Positions 45,430-54,719 of a stretch of 64,000 nucleotides of DNA are shown here, piece after piece (positions within the stretch are counted from its first letter, which is position 1; every line of letters starts with the position of its first letter). The notes beneath the pieces are model-generated. The model was not told where the DNA came from and did no database searches. It worked only from the letters and a program-made list of their open reading frames with translations. The DNA comes from an uncultured Acidobacteriota bacterium (GTDB taxonomy: Bacteria > Acidobacteriota > Vicinamibacteria > Fen-336): the NCBI GenBank assembly GCA_963831755.1, contig CAWHRC010000009.1, forward strand, positions 793,241 through 857,240, in the 5' to 3' direction. A program made the translations under genes and the position numbers.

Positions 45430-45459
45430 TTGACGCCGCAGCCTGCGCATCTCTAGAAT
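45430..45459 (+). promoter_or_regulatory. sigma-70-type promoter upstream of the FHA gene
   Basis: TTGACG-18 nt-TAGAAT. Confidence 0.5.
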
Positions 45460-45509
45460 CGCCCGGAACTTCCGCCCGTCAGGCGCGAAGCACGGCGAGG
45501 AGGCCGTCC

Positions 45510-46493
45510 ATGCCCGACCTGCGACTCGTGCCCGTCTCCGGCCCCGCCGTCGAAGTCCTCAAGGACCAGAGCATGGTCGGCCGGGACCCGAGCTGCGAGA
45601 TCGTCGTGACCGACGGCTCGGTCTCGCGCCGCCACGCGCGCCTCGAGCGCAGGGGGGGCGAGTGGTGGGTAGTCGACCAGGGGAGCGCGAACGGGACCTA
45701 CGTGAACAGCCTGCGGGTCGCGGAGCAGGCCCTGCGCCAGGGCCAGGAGCTGCGCTTCGGGGCGCTCGCCTTCAGGGTCGAGATCGCGGCGGACCCGGAG
45801 GCGACGGTGGCGACGCCGTTCCTCGCTGACGACTCCGCGACGCTCCTGGCCGCTGACGCGCCGCCGCCGATGCCGCCCGCCTACGCGGCGCCGCCCCCGG
45901 CTCCGCCCGCCGTGGCGCCGCCGGTCGCACCGAAGCCGCCGACGCCGCCCGCGGCGCCCCGCAGCGCCGCGCCTCCGCCGCCGCCGGTGCCGCCGAGCGC
46001 CGCGGCCGCCCGCGAGCGCTTCAAGCACTCGCCGGCGTCCGGCTCGCCTGTGCCCCAGATGCCGGCCGGCGCGCCGCCGGCGAAGAAGGGCCGCTCGCCC
46101 CTGTTCTGGGTGGCGATCGGCTGCTGCGGCTGCCTGCTGCTGGTGGCGCTGCTGATCGCCGTCATCGGCGGCGGCGCGTACATGGCGACGAAGCCGGCTT
46201 CGAACGCCGCGCAGACCTGGCTCGGCGAGGTGCGCCAGAGCCGCATGGACGAGGCCTCGGTCGGACTCAGCAGCGAGTACCGCGCGCGCGCGACGCAGGA
46301 GGACCTGCAGACGCTCGCGGAGGCGATCCAGCGCTCGAAGGACGCCACCTTCTACTCGCGCTCGATCGACAACGACAAGGCCGTGCTCAAGGGCGTGCTC
46401 ACGGGCGGCGGCACGCCGCGGCCGATCACGATTCACCTGCTGAAGGAGGGGGGCGCCTGGAAGGTCGACGACGTCCAGCTCGGCGTCGAGTAG
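45510..46493 (+). CDS. FHA domain protein with Pro-rich linker, TM helix and extracytoplasmic domain
   Basis: The FHA core is VGRDPSCEIVVTDGSVSRRHARLERRGGEWWVVDQGSANGTYVN. It is followed by a PPPMPPAYAAPPPAPP... linker, the TM segment LFWVAIGCCGCLLLVALLIAVIGG, and a ~100-aa C-terminal domain. Confidence 0.8.
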   Translation: MPDLRLVPVSGPAVEVLKDQSMVGRDPSCEIVVTDGSVSRRHARLERRGGEWWVVDQGSANGTYVNSLRVAEQALRQGQELRFGALAFRVEIAADPEATVATPFLADDSATLLAADAPPPMPPAYAAPPPAPPAVAPPVAPKPPTPPAAPRSAAPPPPPVPPSAAAARERFKHSPASGSPVPQMPAGAPPAKKGRSPLFWVAIGCCGCLLLVALLIAVIGGGAYMATKPASNAAQTWLGEVRQSRMDEASVGLSSEYRARATQEDLQTLAEAIQRSKDATFYSRSIDNDKAVLKGVLTGGGTPRPITIHLLKEGGAWKVDDVQLGVE

Positions 46494-46503
46494 CATCGAG
46501 GGC

Positions 46504-46824
46504 GTGAGCACGCCCTCCGCCGAGCCGGTCGAGGTCCGCCACGAGCGCGCCGCGCGGCGCGTGGTGGTGACGTGGGAGGACGGGCACGCATCGGTCTTCC
46601 CGCTCGACTACCTGCGCAGCTGGTGCCCGTGCGCGATGTGCCAGGGCCACGCGCCCGATGCGAAGTACCTGGGCCTCACCGGCCAGGAGCTGATGCACGT
46701 GGAGGGCGTCGGGAACTACGCGATCTCGCTCACCTGGCAGGACGGGCACAACACGGGGATCTACAGCTTCCGCCTGCTGCGCCAGCTGTGCCCGTGCCCG
46801 GCCTGCGGTGGCGAGAGACGCTAG
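46504..46824 (+). CDS. DUF971 family protein
   Basis: VVVTWEDGHASVFPLDYLRSWCPCAMC...NYAISLTWQDGHNTGIYSFRLLRQLCPC is the DUF971 pattern. GTG start. Confidence 0.75.
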   Translation: MSTPSAEPVEVRHERAARRVVVTWEDGHASVFPLDYLRSWCPCAMCQGHAPDAKYLGLTGQELMHVEGVGNYAISLTWQDGHNTGIYSFRLLRQLCPCPACGGERR

Positions 46825-46869
46825 GCTAGGCAGGCTAGGCCGGGGGCCGGCGCTCCGGGAGCGGACGCC

Positions 46870-47766
46870 TCAGCCCTTGACCGCGCGCTCGTGGCCCTCG
46901 GGCTCGAGGTGGACCACGACGTCCACGATCTCGGGGTGGGCTGCCTGCAGCGCCACCTCGATGCGGTCGGCCACGTCGTGCGCCTGGCTCAGGCTGAGGC
47001 CGGCGTCGAGGTGCACCCTGAGGTCGACGTAGACCGCGTCGCGCCGGCCCCGCGTGCGCACGTCGTGTACGCGTAGCACTCCGGGCACGCCCGCCGCCAG
47101 CGGCTCGAGGCTCTCGGCCGCGATCGCGGCCCGGTCGGTGAGGACGTGGAAGGCGCCGAGCAGGATGCGGATCGCCTGCCAGGCGATGATCGCGCCGATC
47201 GCGAGCGCCACCAGGGGATCGGCCCGGCCCAGGCCGACGAGCGCGGCCACGAAGGACGCGATCACGCCGAGCGAAACGTAGAGGTCGGCCCGCGTGTGCG
47301 TGGCGTCGGCGACCAGGAAGGCGCTGTTCAGCCTGCGGCCTTCGCGGGCCTCGTACCAGCTCACGAACAGGTTGACGCCGATCGTCGCGCCCATCACGAG
47401 CCAGTTGAGCAGGCCGATCTCCGGCAGCGAGGGCTTGCCCGCCCTGCCGACGGCGCCCGACACCACGTCCCACGCCAGCGCCAGCAGCGCGAAGCCGATC
47501 AGCGTGGTGGCGGCCGTCTCGAACTTGCGGTGGCCGTAAGGGTGGGCGCGGTCGGGTGGCGCGAAGGCGAACGCGGACACGATCAGCCCGATCACGTTGT
47601 TCGAGCCGTCGACCAGGCTGTGGAAGCCGTCGGCCACCATGGCGAGGCTGCCCGAGAGCTGGCCGACGATCACCTTCCCGGCACTCACGGCGACGTTGAG
47701 GCCGAGGGTGATCCAGAGCACCCGGCGCACGCCCGAACTCTGGACGTCCGTGGCGAGGCTGGCCAT
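46870..47766 (-). CDS. cation diffusion facilitator family transporter
   Basis: SLAMVADGFHSLVDG, HPYGHRKFE and LVADATHTRADL are present, with a C-terminal cytoplasmic domain containing VHDVRTRG...VDLRVHLD. Confidence 0.85.
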   Translation of the reverse strand: MASLATDVQSSGVRRVLWITLGLNVAVSAGKVIVGQLSGSLAMVADGFHSLVDGSNNVIGLIVSAFAFAPPDRAHPYGHRKFETAATTLIGFALLALAWDVVSGAVGRAGKPSLPEIGLLNWLVMGATIGVNLFVSWYEAREGRRLNSAFLVADATHTRADLYVSLGVIASFVAALVGLGRADPLVALAIGAIIAWQAIRILLGAFHVLTDRAAIAAESLEPLAAGVPGVLRVHDVRTRGRRDAVYVDLRVHLDAGLSLSQAHDVADRIEVALQAAHPEIVDVVVHLEPEGHERAVKG

Positions 47767-47838
47767 GCTTCGTGTGCTCCGGGCGGCTCAAGGATACGCC
47801 CGGGAGCGGCTTCCGGGGCGCGCTGCGCGGACGGTGGC

Positions 47839-49323
47839 TCAGGCCTCCTGCTCGCGCGGCACCAGCCAGTCGAGGCTCTGCGCGAGGGACATGCCCGAGG
47901 TGTAGAGGAAGCCCCACTGGAAGATCGCGATGAAGGGCAGCGTGCCGACTAGCCCGTAGGTCAGCGCGTAGAGGCTGACGAACGTGAAGTAGCAGGCGAG
48001 CGCGAGCTCAGCGTACGGGGCCCAGCTCGTCTTGCCCTTGTAGGTCTTCGTCTTCCAGTCGTCGCCCGCGCCCTCGATGCGGTACTTGGGCGTGCGCGTG
48101 AACTCGGACGGCTTGCCGAACAGGCCCTCGAGCACGGCCAGCGCGTTGTTGAGGCTGATCCCGATCCCGATCCCGAGCACCGCCGGGATGTACTTCAGCT
48201 TCGACTTCCAGGTCGCCGGGAACTGCTCCTTCTGCGACAGCGCGTAGAAGAGGCACACCGACGCGGTGGCCGCCAGGAAGATCGGCACGTCCACCACGAC
48301 CATCTCGGCCCAGCCCATGCTGTAGCGCAGCACCATCGCCGGGAACATCAGGGCCGCGAGCAGCACCATCAGCGGGTAGGCGAGGTTGGCCGTCAGGTGG
48401 AACGTGGCCTCGGCCTTCTCCTTCCAGGGCAGGGGCGAGGCGAGGATCCGCGGCAGCAGCTTCTTGCAGACCTGCACCGAGCCCTTGGCCCAGCGCTGCT
48501 GCTGCGTCTTGAAGGCGTTCATCTCCACCGGCAGCTCCGCCGGCGCCACGAGGTCCGGCAGGTAGACGAAGCGCCAGCCCCGCAGCTGCGCGCGGTAGCT
48601 GAGGTCGAGGTCCTCGGTGAGCGTGTCGTGCTGCCAGCCGCCGGCGTCGGCGATCGCCGAACGGCGCCACACGCCCGCGGTGCCGTTGAAGTTGAAGAAG
48701 CGCCCGGAGCGGCTGCGCGCCCCGTGCTCCATGATGAAGTGCCCGTCGAGCATGATCGACTGCACCTCGGTCAAGAGCGAGTAGTCGCGGTTGATGTGGC
48801 CCCAGCGGGCCTGCACCATCCCGACCTTGGGGTCGGCGAAGTGGCCGAGCGCCTTCTCGAGCACGTCGGCCGGCGCCACGAAGTCGGCGTCGAAGATCAG
48901 CACGAACTCGCCGGTCGCGCTCTTCAGCCCCGCCTCGAGCGCACCGGCCTTGTAGCCGGTGCGGTCCTCGCGGTGCAGGTACTCGATGTCGAAGCCCAGC
49001 GAGCGGTAGTGCGCGACCGCGCGGCTGGCGATGGCGGTCGTCTCGTCGGTCGAGTCGTCGAGCACCTGGATCTGCAGCAGCTCCTGCGGGTAGCGGATCG
49101 CCGTCACGGACTCGAGCAGCCGGTCGACCACGTACATCTCGTTGAAGATCGGCAGCTGGACCGTGACCCGGGGCAGGCGCTCGGGGAGCAGGGCGGGCCC
49201 GGCCTTGCGGTCCTTGTGCTTGTAGTAGAGGAAGACCATCACGTAGCGATGGAATCCGAGGACCGCCAGGATGACGAGCGTGAGGAAGTAAAGCCCGAGG
49301 ATCCCGAACTCCGGTGCGCTCAT
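47839..49323 (-). CDS. family 2 glycosyltransferase, processive (CslA/cellulose-synthase-like) membrane enzyme
   Basis: VTVQLPIFNEMYV, VLDDSTDET, FDADF, TEDLDLS and the QQQRWAKG (QxxRW) motif are present, with flanking TM segments. The start is ATG 49323. Confidence 0.8.
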   Translation of the reverse strand: MSAPEFGILGLYFLTLVILAVLGFHRYVMVFLYYKHKDRKAGPALLPERLPRVTVQLPIFNEMYVVDRLLESVTAIRYPQELLQIQVLDDSTDETTAIASRAVAHYRSLGFDIEYLHREDRTGYKAGALEAGLKSATGEFVLIFDADFVAPADVLEKALGHFADPKVGMVQARWGHINRDYSLLTEVQSIMLDGHFIMEHGARSRSGRFFNFNGTAGVWRRSAIADAGGWQHDTLTEDLDLSYRAQLRGWRFVYLPDLVAPAELPVEMNAFKTQQQRWAKGSVQVCKKLLPRILASPLPWKEKAEATFHLTANLAYPLMVLLAALMFPAMVLRYSMGWAEMVVVDVPIFLAATASVCLFYALSQKEQFPATWKSKLKYIPAVLGIGIGISLNNALAVLEGLFGKPSEFTRTPKYRIEGAGDDWKTKTYKGKTSWAPYAELALACYFTFVSLYALTYGLVGTLPFIAIFQWGFLYTSGMSLAQSLDWLVPREQEA

Positions 49324-49520
49324 GACCGTCGACGCCCCCCCGCTCGCGCCCGGGTCCCCGCAGCGGGGCCGCGACCGCGCCTCCCTTGACACAGTCCGAA
49401 TCACCGGTGGAAGATGCCGATTTCGGAGTGACGCCGCCGGTCCTTCACGGGCCAGCGATGGCCTCATGTCATCCGGGGCGCACCACTCGACAGTTTAACG
49501 GACTCGCGACCTGCATTTCA

Positions 49521-50279
49521 ATGGATCCCGAAAGCCTCAAGTCCCTGCTCCAGAGCGTCAAGGAGGGCCGGACCTCGCCCGAGGACGCCGCCGCCCGGCT
49601 CGCCACACTGCCCTACGAGGACCTCGGCTTCGCCAAGGTCGACCACCACCGCGCTTTGCGCCGGGGCTTTCCGGAGGCGGTCTTCGGAGCGGGCAAGACC
49701 CCCGAACAGATCACGGCCATCGTCGAGCGGATCGCGGCCCGCCACCAGCGCGTCCTGGTGACGCGGACGACGGCCGAGGTACACCGGCACGTCGCGGCCG
49801 TGCGAACCGAGGCACGCTGGCACGAGGCCGCGCGCTGCATCACCGTCGAGGCGGGGCCTCGCGCGGCGCTGCCTGGCCGGATCGCCGTCCTGGCGGCGGG
49901 CACCTCCGACCTGCCGGTGGCCGAGGAGGCCGTGGTGGTCGCGGAGTTCCACGGCGCCACCGTCGACCGCGTCTACGACGTCGGCGTTGCGGGCCTGCAC
50001 CGGCTGCTGGACCGGACCGAAACCATCCGCCGCGCGGACGTCGTGGTCGTCGTGGCAGGCATGGAGGGCGCTCTGCCCTCGGTCGTCGCCGGTCTCGTCG
50101 ATTCCCCCGTCGTGGCCGTGCCGACCAGCGTCGGCTACGGTGCGGCCTTCCACGGCCTGGCCGCCCTTCTCGCCATGCTCAACTCCTGCGCCTCGGGCGT
50201 CGGAGTCGTGAACATCGACAACGGCTTCGGAGCGGCCCACCTCGCCTGCCTGATCCTCAGGGGCCGAGCGCCAGCATGA
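49521..50279 (+). CDS. larB: nickel-pincer cofactor biosynthesis protein LarB (PurE-like carboxylase/hydrolase)
   Basis: AKVDHHRALRRGFPEAVFGAGKTPEQI...IAVLAAGTSDLPVAEEA...VVVVAGMEGALPSVVAGLV..PVVAVPTSVGYG...LNSCASGV.VVNIDNG. Confidence 0.8.
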   Translation: MDPESLKSLLQSVKEGRTSPEDAAARLATLPYEDLGFAKVDHHRALRRGFPEAVFGAGKTPEQITAIVERIAARHQRVLVTRTTAEVHRHVAAVRTEARWHEAARCITVEAGPRAALPGRIAVLAAGTSDLPVAEEAVVVAEFHGATVDRVYDVGVAGLHRLLDRTETIRRADVVVVVAGMEGALPSVVAGLVDSPVVAVPTSVGYGAAFHGLAALLAMLNSCASGVGVVNIDNGFGAAHLACLILRGRAPA

Positions 50280-50316
50280 TGCCGGATCGAGCACCGACCG
50301 GGCGGGCCGAGAGGCC

Positions 50317-50365
50317 GAGCCGACTGAGTGCGGCTCGTGTACCGGAGACGCCGGTTCCGCGTCTC
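50317..50365 (+). terminator. two short hairpins after larB
   Basis: GAGCCG-actgagtg-CGGCTC and GAGACGC-cggttcc-GCGTCTC. No U-tract. Confidence 0.25.
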
Positions 50366-50588
50366 AACTAGAAGGACCCGGTGTGCGGGCGTGCGAGGGC
50401 CTCCCCGGGGGGATCCGCTCGCGGGCGACCTTGACAAAACTGTTGATCCTGCTGATCTTCTATCTGTCTCGCTCCGCCGGGTCCCAGCCACTGATGCGCG
50501 AAAGGGCGTCGGCTGTGCGCACCAGGCGCCCCCAGGGGGTGCAAGGAGGACGGCGGGAAACCGAAGGTCGACGGTCGAGCCGACGCGC

Positions 50589-50910
50589 GTGAACGCCAAC
50601 TCACTGAAAGCACTGGAATTCGACCGCATTCGGGCACTCCTGCTCCAGCAGGCGGGCTCCGCAGAGGGCACCGCCCGGCTGGAGGCCTTGCGCCCGCTCA
50701 GCGATCCCGAGGCCGTGCGGGACGCCCTGGGCCGCACCGGCGAGGGCGTCGCCCTCCTGCGCGGCCTGGGGCGCCAGCCGTACCACGACCTGCCCGACCC
50801 CGCGGAGCTGCTCGTCGTCGCCCGCGCTCGCGGCTCGCACCTCGAGCCGCGGGCGCTGGCCGACCTCGCGTCCTTCATCGAGGGCGGCCTCGAGATCGCC
50901 CGGCGCGTGG
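50589..50910 (+). pseudogene. mutS2: 5' stub (about 105 codons) of endonuclease MutS2
   Basis: A GTG start, then NANSLKALEFDRIRALLLQQAGSAEGTARLEALRPLSDPEAVRDALGRTGEGVALL...LADLASFIEGGLEIARRV, the usual MutS2 N-terminal region. Similarity ends at about 50910, where the frame becomes antisense cusA. Confidence 0.6.
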
Positions 50911-50915
50911 CGCGC

Positions 50916-53345
50916 TTCGTTTTCGCTCTTGATTTCGGCCGGCCCGTCGGCGATGCGCAGGCGGGCGACCGTTCCGAGCGGAACCTGAATTCCGGATGGG
51001 GTGGCAATTCGGCTCTCGGCAAGCGCCTCCATCGAGTCGCGCAAGGCGCGCGGATAGCGCAGGTTGATGGAAAACCGTTCGCGCCCGTCCACGACCGTAC
51101 CGACGTTCTCCCCGCCGATGGCGCTTTGCACCAGGCGTTGCACCGCCGCGACGGTGATGCCATAGCGCGCGGCCTGCGCGCGGTCGATATCGATATCCAG
51201 ATACCGCCCGCCGGTGACGCGTTCGCCGAATACGGCACGCGTTCCGGGGACGTTCTTCAGCGTGGCTTCGAGCGTTTCCGCCAGCGCGGCGATCCCGGCC
51301 AGATCGGGGCCGGTGATCTTGATGCCGACCGCTGTACGGATGCCGGTGGACAGCATGTCGATGCGGGTACGAATCGGATAGCCCCAGGAATTGGTCAGTC
51401 CGGGCAACCGTACGGTCCGGTCGAGCTTGTGGATCAGTTGCTCTACCGTCTCACCCGGCGGCCATTCACTTCTCGGCTTGAGCAAAATGGTGGTTTCCAG
51501 CATGGACAGCGGCGCCGGGTCGGTTGCGCTGTCGGCGCGGCCGGCCTTGCCGAACACGCGCGCCACTTCCGGCATTTGGCGGATCAGGCGATCGGTGATC
51601 TGAAGAATATTGGCGGCTTCGTCGATGGACACGCCCGGCAGCGTGGTCGGCATGTACAGCAGGTCGCCTTCATACAGGGGCGGCATGAACTCGCTGCCCA
51701 AACGGGATACGGGCCATGCCGCACTGGCCAGCAGCAGAACGGCCAGCAGCAGCACCCGTTTGGGGTGATTCAGCGACGCCAGCAGCGCCGGCCGGTAAAG
51801 CGCCTGCAGCACGCGGTTGAGCGGATTGCTGCGCTCATGGACGATGCGGCCGCGAATGAAATAGCCCATCAGCACCGGCGTCAGCGTGACGGCCAGCGCC
51901 GCGCTCGCCGCCATGGCATAGGTCTTGGTATAGGCAAGCGGCGCGAACAGTTTTCCTTCCTGGCCCGAGAGCGCAAAAACCGGCAGGAAGGACACCGTGA
52001 TGATGAGCAGCGAGAAGAAGAGCGCGGGGCCGACTTCGACCGAGCTGGCGCGTGCGACCGCCCAGTAGTCGCTGCCGGGCCCGGCCCGCTCGAGATGCTT
52101 GTGCATGTTCTCGATCATCACGATGGCCGCATCCACCATGGCGCCGATGGCGATGGCAATGCCGCCCAGAGACATGATGTTGGCGCTCACGCCCTGCTGC
52201 TTCATCACGATGAACGCCGCCAGGATGCCGACCGGCAGGGTGAGCGCGGCCACCAGGGACGAGCGCAAGTGGAACAGGAACAGCAGACAGACCAGTGCCA
52301 CCATCAGGGTCTCTTCCACCAGTTTGCTGCGCAGATTGTCGATGGCGCGCGTGATGAGGCCGGAACGGTCATACGTGATCACCAGCTCGACGCCGGGCGG
52401 CAGGCCCGCCTGCAGTTCCTTGAGGCGGGTCTTGACGCGTTCCACGGTTTCCAGCGCATTGTTGCCATAGCGCATGACCACGATACCGCCGGTGACGTCG
52501 CCTTCGCCGTCGAGGTCGGTCACCCCTCGGCGCGCTTCCGGTCCCGTCTGGATATGTGCCACATCCTGCAGCCGAATGGGAACGCCCTCGGCATCCGTGC
52601 CCAGGGGAATCGTGCGGAAATCGTCCAGCGTCTTGAGATAACCATTGGCGCGGATCATGTATTCGGCGCGTGCCATCTCCATGACCGACCCGCCGCCCGA
52701 GAGATTGCTGTCGCGCACCGCCTGGCTGACCTGTTCCAGCGAAATCCCGTAGGCAGCCAGGCGATTCGGATCCACCTCGATCTGGAACTGGCGCGCCATG
52801 CCGCCGACGCTGGCCACCTCGGCCACGCCGGGCAGGCCCTGCAACTCGTATTTCAGATAAAAGTCCTGGATGGCCCGCAACTGGTCCGCATCGTAACGAT
52901 GGTGGCGATCCACCAGCGCGTATTCGAATATCCAGCCTGTGCCGGACGCATCGGGTCCGAGCGTGGGCGTCACGCCCGCCGGCAACCGTGACGCCGCCTG
53001 GCTCAGATATTCCAGAACGCGGGAACGTGCCCAGTACGGATCGACGCCATCCTTGAAAATGACATAGACATAGGACTCGCCGAACATGGAAAAACCGCGC
53101 ACGGCCGTGGCGCCCGGCACCGACAACAGGCTCGACGTCAGCGGATAGGTCACCGAATCTTCCACGAGTTGCGGCGACTGGCCGGGATACGCCGTCTTGA
53201 CGATGACCTGGGTGTCGGACAGGTCCGGTATCGCATCCAGCGCAATATTCTGCGCGGAATATACGCCCCAGGCCGCCAGCAGCAGCGTGGCCAGCAGCAC
53301 CAATAGCCGGTTGGCGAGCGACCACTCGATGATTCGCCGGATCAT
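50916..53345 (-). pseudogene. cusA: CusA-type heavy-metal RND pump, 3'-truncated (about 810 codons retained)
   Basis: MIRRIIEWSLANRLLVLLATLLLA..., DAIPDLSDTQVIV, SLGGIAIAIGAMVDAAIVMIENMHKH and ...RIADGPAEIKSENE are colinear with CusA up to the point where roughly the last fifth is missing. The open frame down to 50601 is antisense mutS2. Confidence 0.8.
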
Positions 53346-53347
53346 GC

Positions 53348-54673
53348 TCAGTGGCTGTTCTGCATGCGCTGCACGGAATCGTTCAGGGAGGCCGCCGCAT
53401 CCAGCAGAAACTGCCCGCTCACGGCGACCCGCGCACCCTCCTGCAACCCGTCGGTGATCTCGACGAGGTCGCCGCTCTCGATGCCCGTTTCCACGGGAAC
53501 CGGCATGAAATGCCCGCCTTCCCGCGCCAGCATGACCCGGTCGCCCCGGCCGGTACGAATCACGGCCGAACGCGGTACCGCGAGCGCCGTTCGCGGATGC
53601 GTGGCAATGACGACATCCACGAACGCGCCCGGCCGAAGCTGGCGATCCGCGTTCTTCACCGTCAGGCGCGCCCGGGCCGTGCGAGTCGCGCCATCCACCG
53701 TAGGCAAGGCGAACGCGAGTTGCCCTGTCAGCGGCGGTCGCCCGGAATGAGGAAACGTCACGGTCACGCGGTCGCCTTCCCTGACCCATTCGAGCTGGTC
53801 GGGATACAGGACAATGTCGATCCAGACCGTGGCGACATCGGCCACGGTCAGCAGCCTGGTCATCGGCGTCACGTAGTCTCCTTCCCGTGCGCCGATCTGG
53901 GTGACAAAGCCGGATCGGGCGGCATACACCGGTACCCGGTCAATCGTGCGGCGGGTGGACTCGATGGTGGCGAGCGTGGCGGCGCCGACATCGGCATAGG
54001 CGAACTTCTCCCGCGTCCGGATACGTTCACGCGCCAGGCTGGCGGCCATTTGGGCATTCTGGCCGGAAAAATCCGTCATGTTTTCCAGCAGTTGATCCCG
54101 CCGCTGCAGCAGTTCGATATATTCGCGCTGGCGCTGCACCAGTTCGGGCGAGTAGATCTCATACAGGATCTGCCCCGCAGTGACCCGCTGGCCCGGCGCG
54201 CTGACATGCAGCTTGCGGATCCAGCCATCGATCTTGGGGCTGATGCTGTAAAGGGAAGTCTCGTCGATTCCCACATTGCCGTAGGCATGCACCTCCCGGC
54301 TGAGACGATGCATCGCCACGTCCGCCAGTCGCATGCCCATGCGCTGCTGCAATGCCGTGTCGACCTGCATACCTGCTGCACGATGGTCGTGCGCCGCGCC
54401 CGTCTCCACCAGATCCATTCCGCATATCGGACACGATCCGGGGTGGTCCTGGAGAATGTTGGGATGCATGGGGCAGACCCACGTTTTCTGGGCGGCCCCC
54501 GTTCCATCCAGATGTTCGAGGCGCTCAGCAGCCTGCGCGGATTGCACGAGGCCGTCCGCATTCGCGCCCGGGAGCCGTTCTGAAAAATACGCGACGCCGG
54601 CCATGCAGACAGGAACGGACAGCAGCACACCGTAATACAGCGCACGAATAAACGACGAGGTCATGTGATGCAT
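53348..54673 (-). CDS. cusB: CusB-type RND periplasmic adaptor with an N-terminal heavy-metal-binding domain
   Basis: The N-terminal WVCPMHPNILQDHPGSCPICGMDLVE (HMBD) is followed by MFP barrel-sandwich / beta-barrel regions. It ends 2 nt before the cusA ATG. Confidence 0.85.
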   Translation of the reverse strand: MHHMTSSFIRALYYGVLLSVPVCMAGVAYFSERLPGANADGLVQSAQAAERLEHLDGTGAAQKTWVCPMHPNILQDHPGSCPICGMDLVETGAAHDHRAAGMQVDTALQQRMGMRLADVAMHRLSREVHAYGNVGIDETSLYSISPKIDGWIRKLHVSAPGQRVTAGQILYEIYSPELVQRQREYIELLQRRDQLLENMTDFSGQNAQMAASLARERIRTREKFAYADVGAATLATIESTRRTIDRVPVYAARSGFVTQIGAREGDYVTPMTRLLTVADVATVWIDIVLYPDQLEWVREGDRVTVTFPHSGRPPLTGQLAFALPTVDGATRTARARLTVKNADRQLRPGAFVDVVIATHPRTALAVPRSAVIRTGRGDRVMLAREGGHFMPVPVETGIESGDLVEITDGLQEGARVAVSGQFLLDAAASLNDSVQRMQNSH

Positions 54674-54719
54674 CCTGCCTGTTGCTGACGTGTATCGAAG
54701 GCCGTCCGGATCGGGACGG

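Noticed and set aside
45462-45475. CCCGGAACTTCCGC resembles the IS terminal repeat core (GGAACTTCCG) and could be a solo IS end or MITE.
   Set aside because: Only about 10 nt match. The motif is a near-palindrome that is plausible by chance in 128 kb of two-strand sequence. There is no partner repeat or target duplication nearby.
46820-46841. Triple GCTAGG repeat (GCTAGGCTAGGCAGGCTAGG) between DUF971 and the CDF gene.
   Set aside because: It is a very short simple repeat in a convergent intergenic spacer. It includes the DUF971 stop codon context and is not a CRISPR or known regulatory motif.
50431-50469. TTGACA followed by TATCTG read as a strong promoter driving a small RNA.
   Set aside because: The spacing to the TATCTG hexamer is about 24 nt, and the hexamer at 17-nt spacing (GATCTT) is poor. 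No RNA family is recognisable. It is kept only as a low-interest note.
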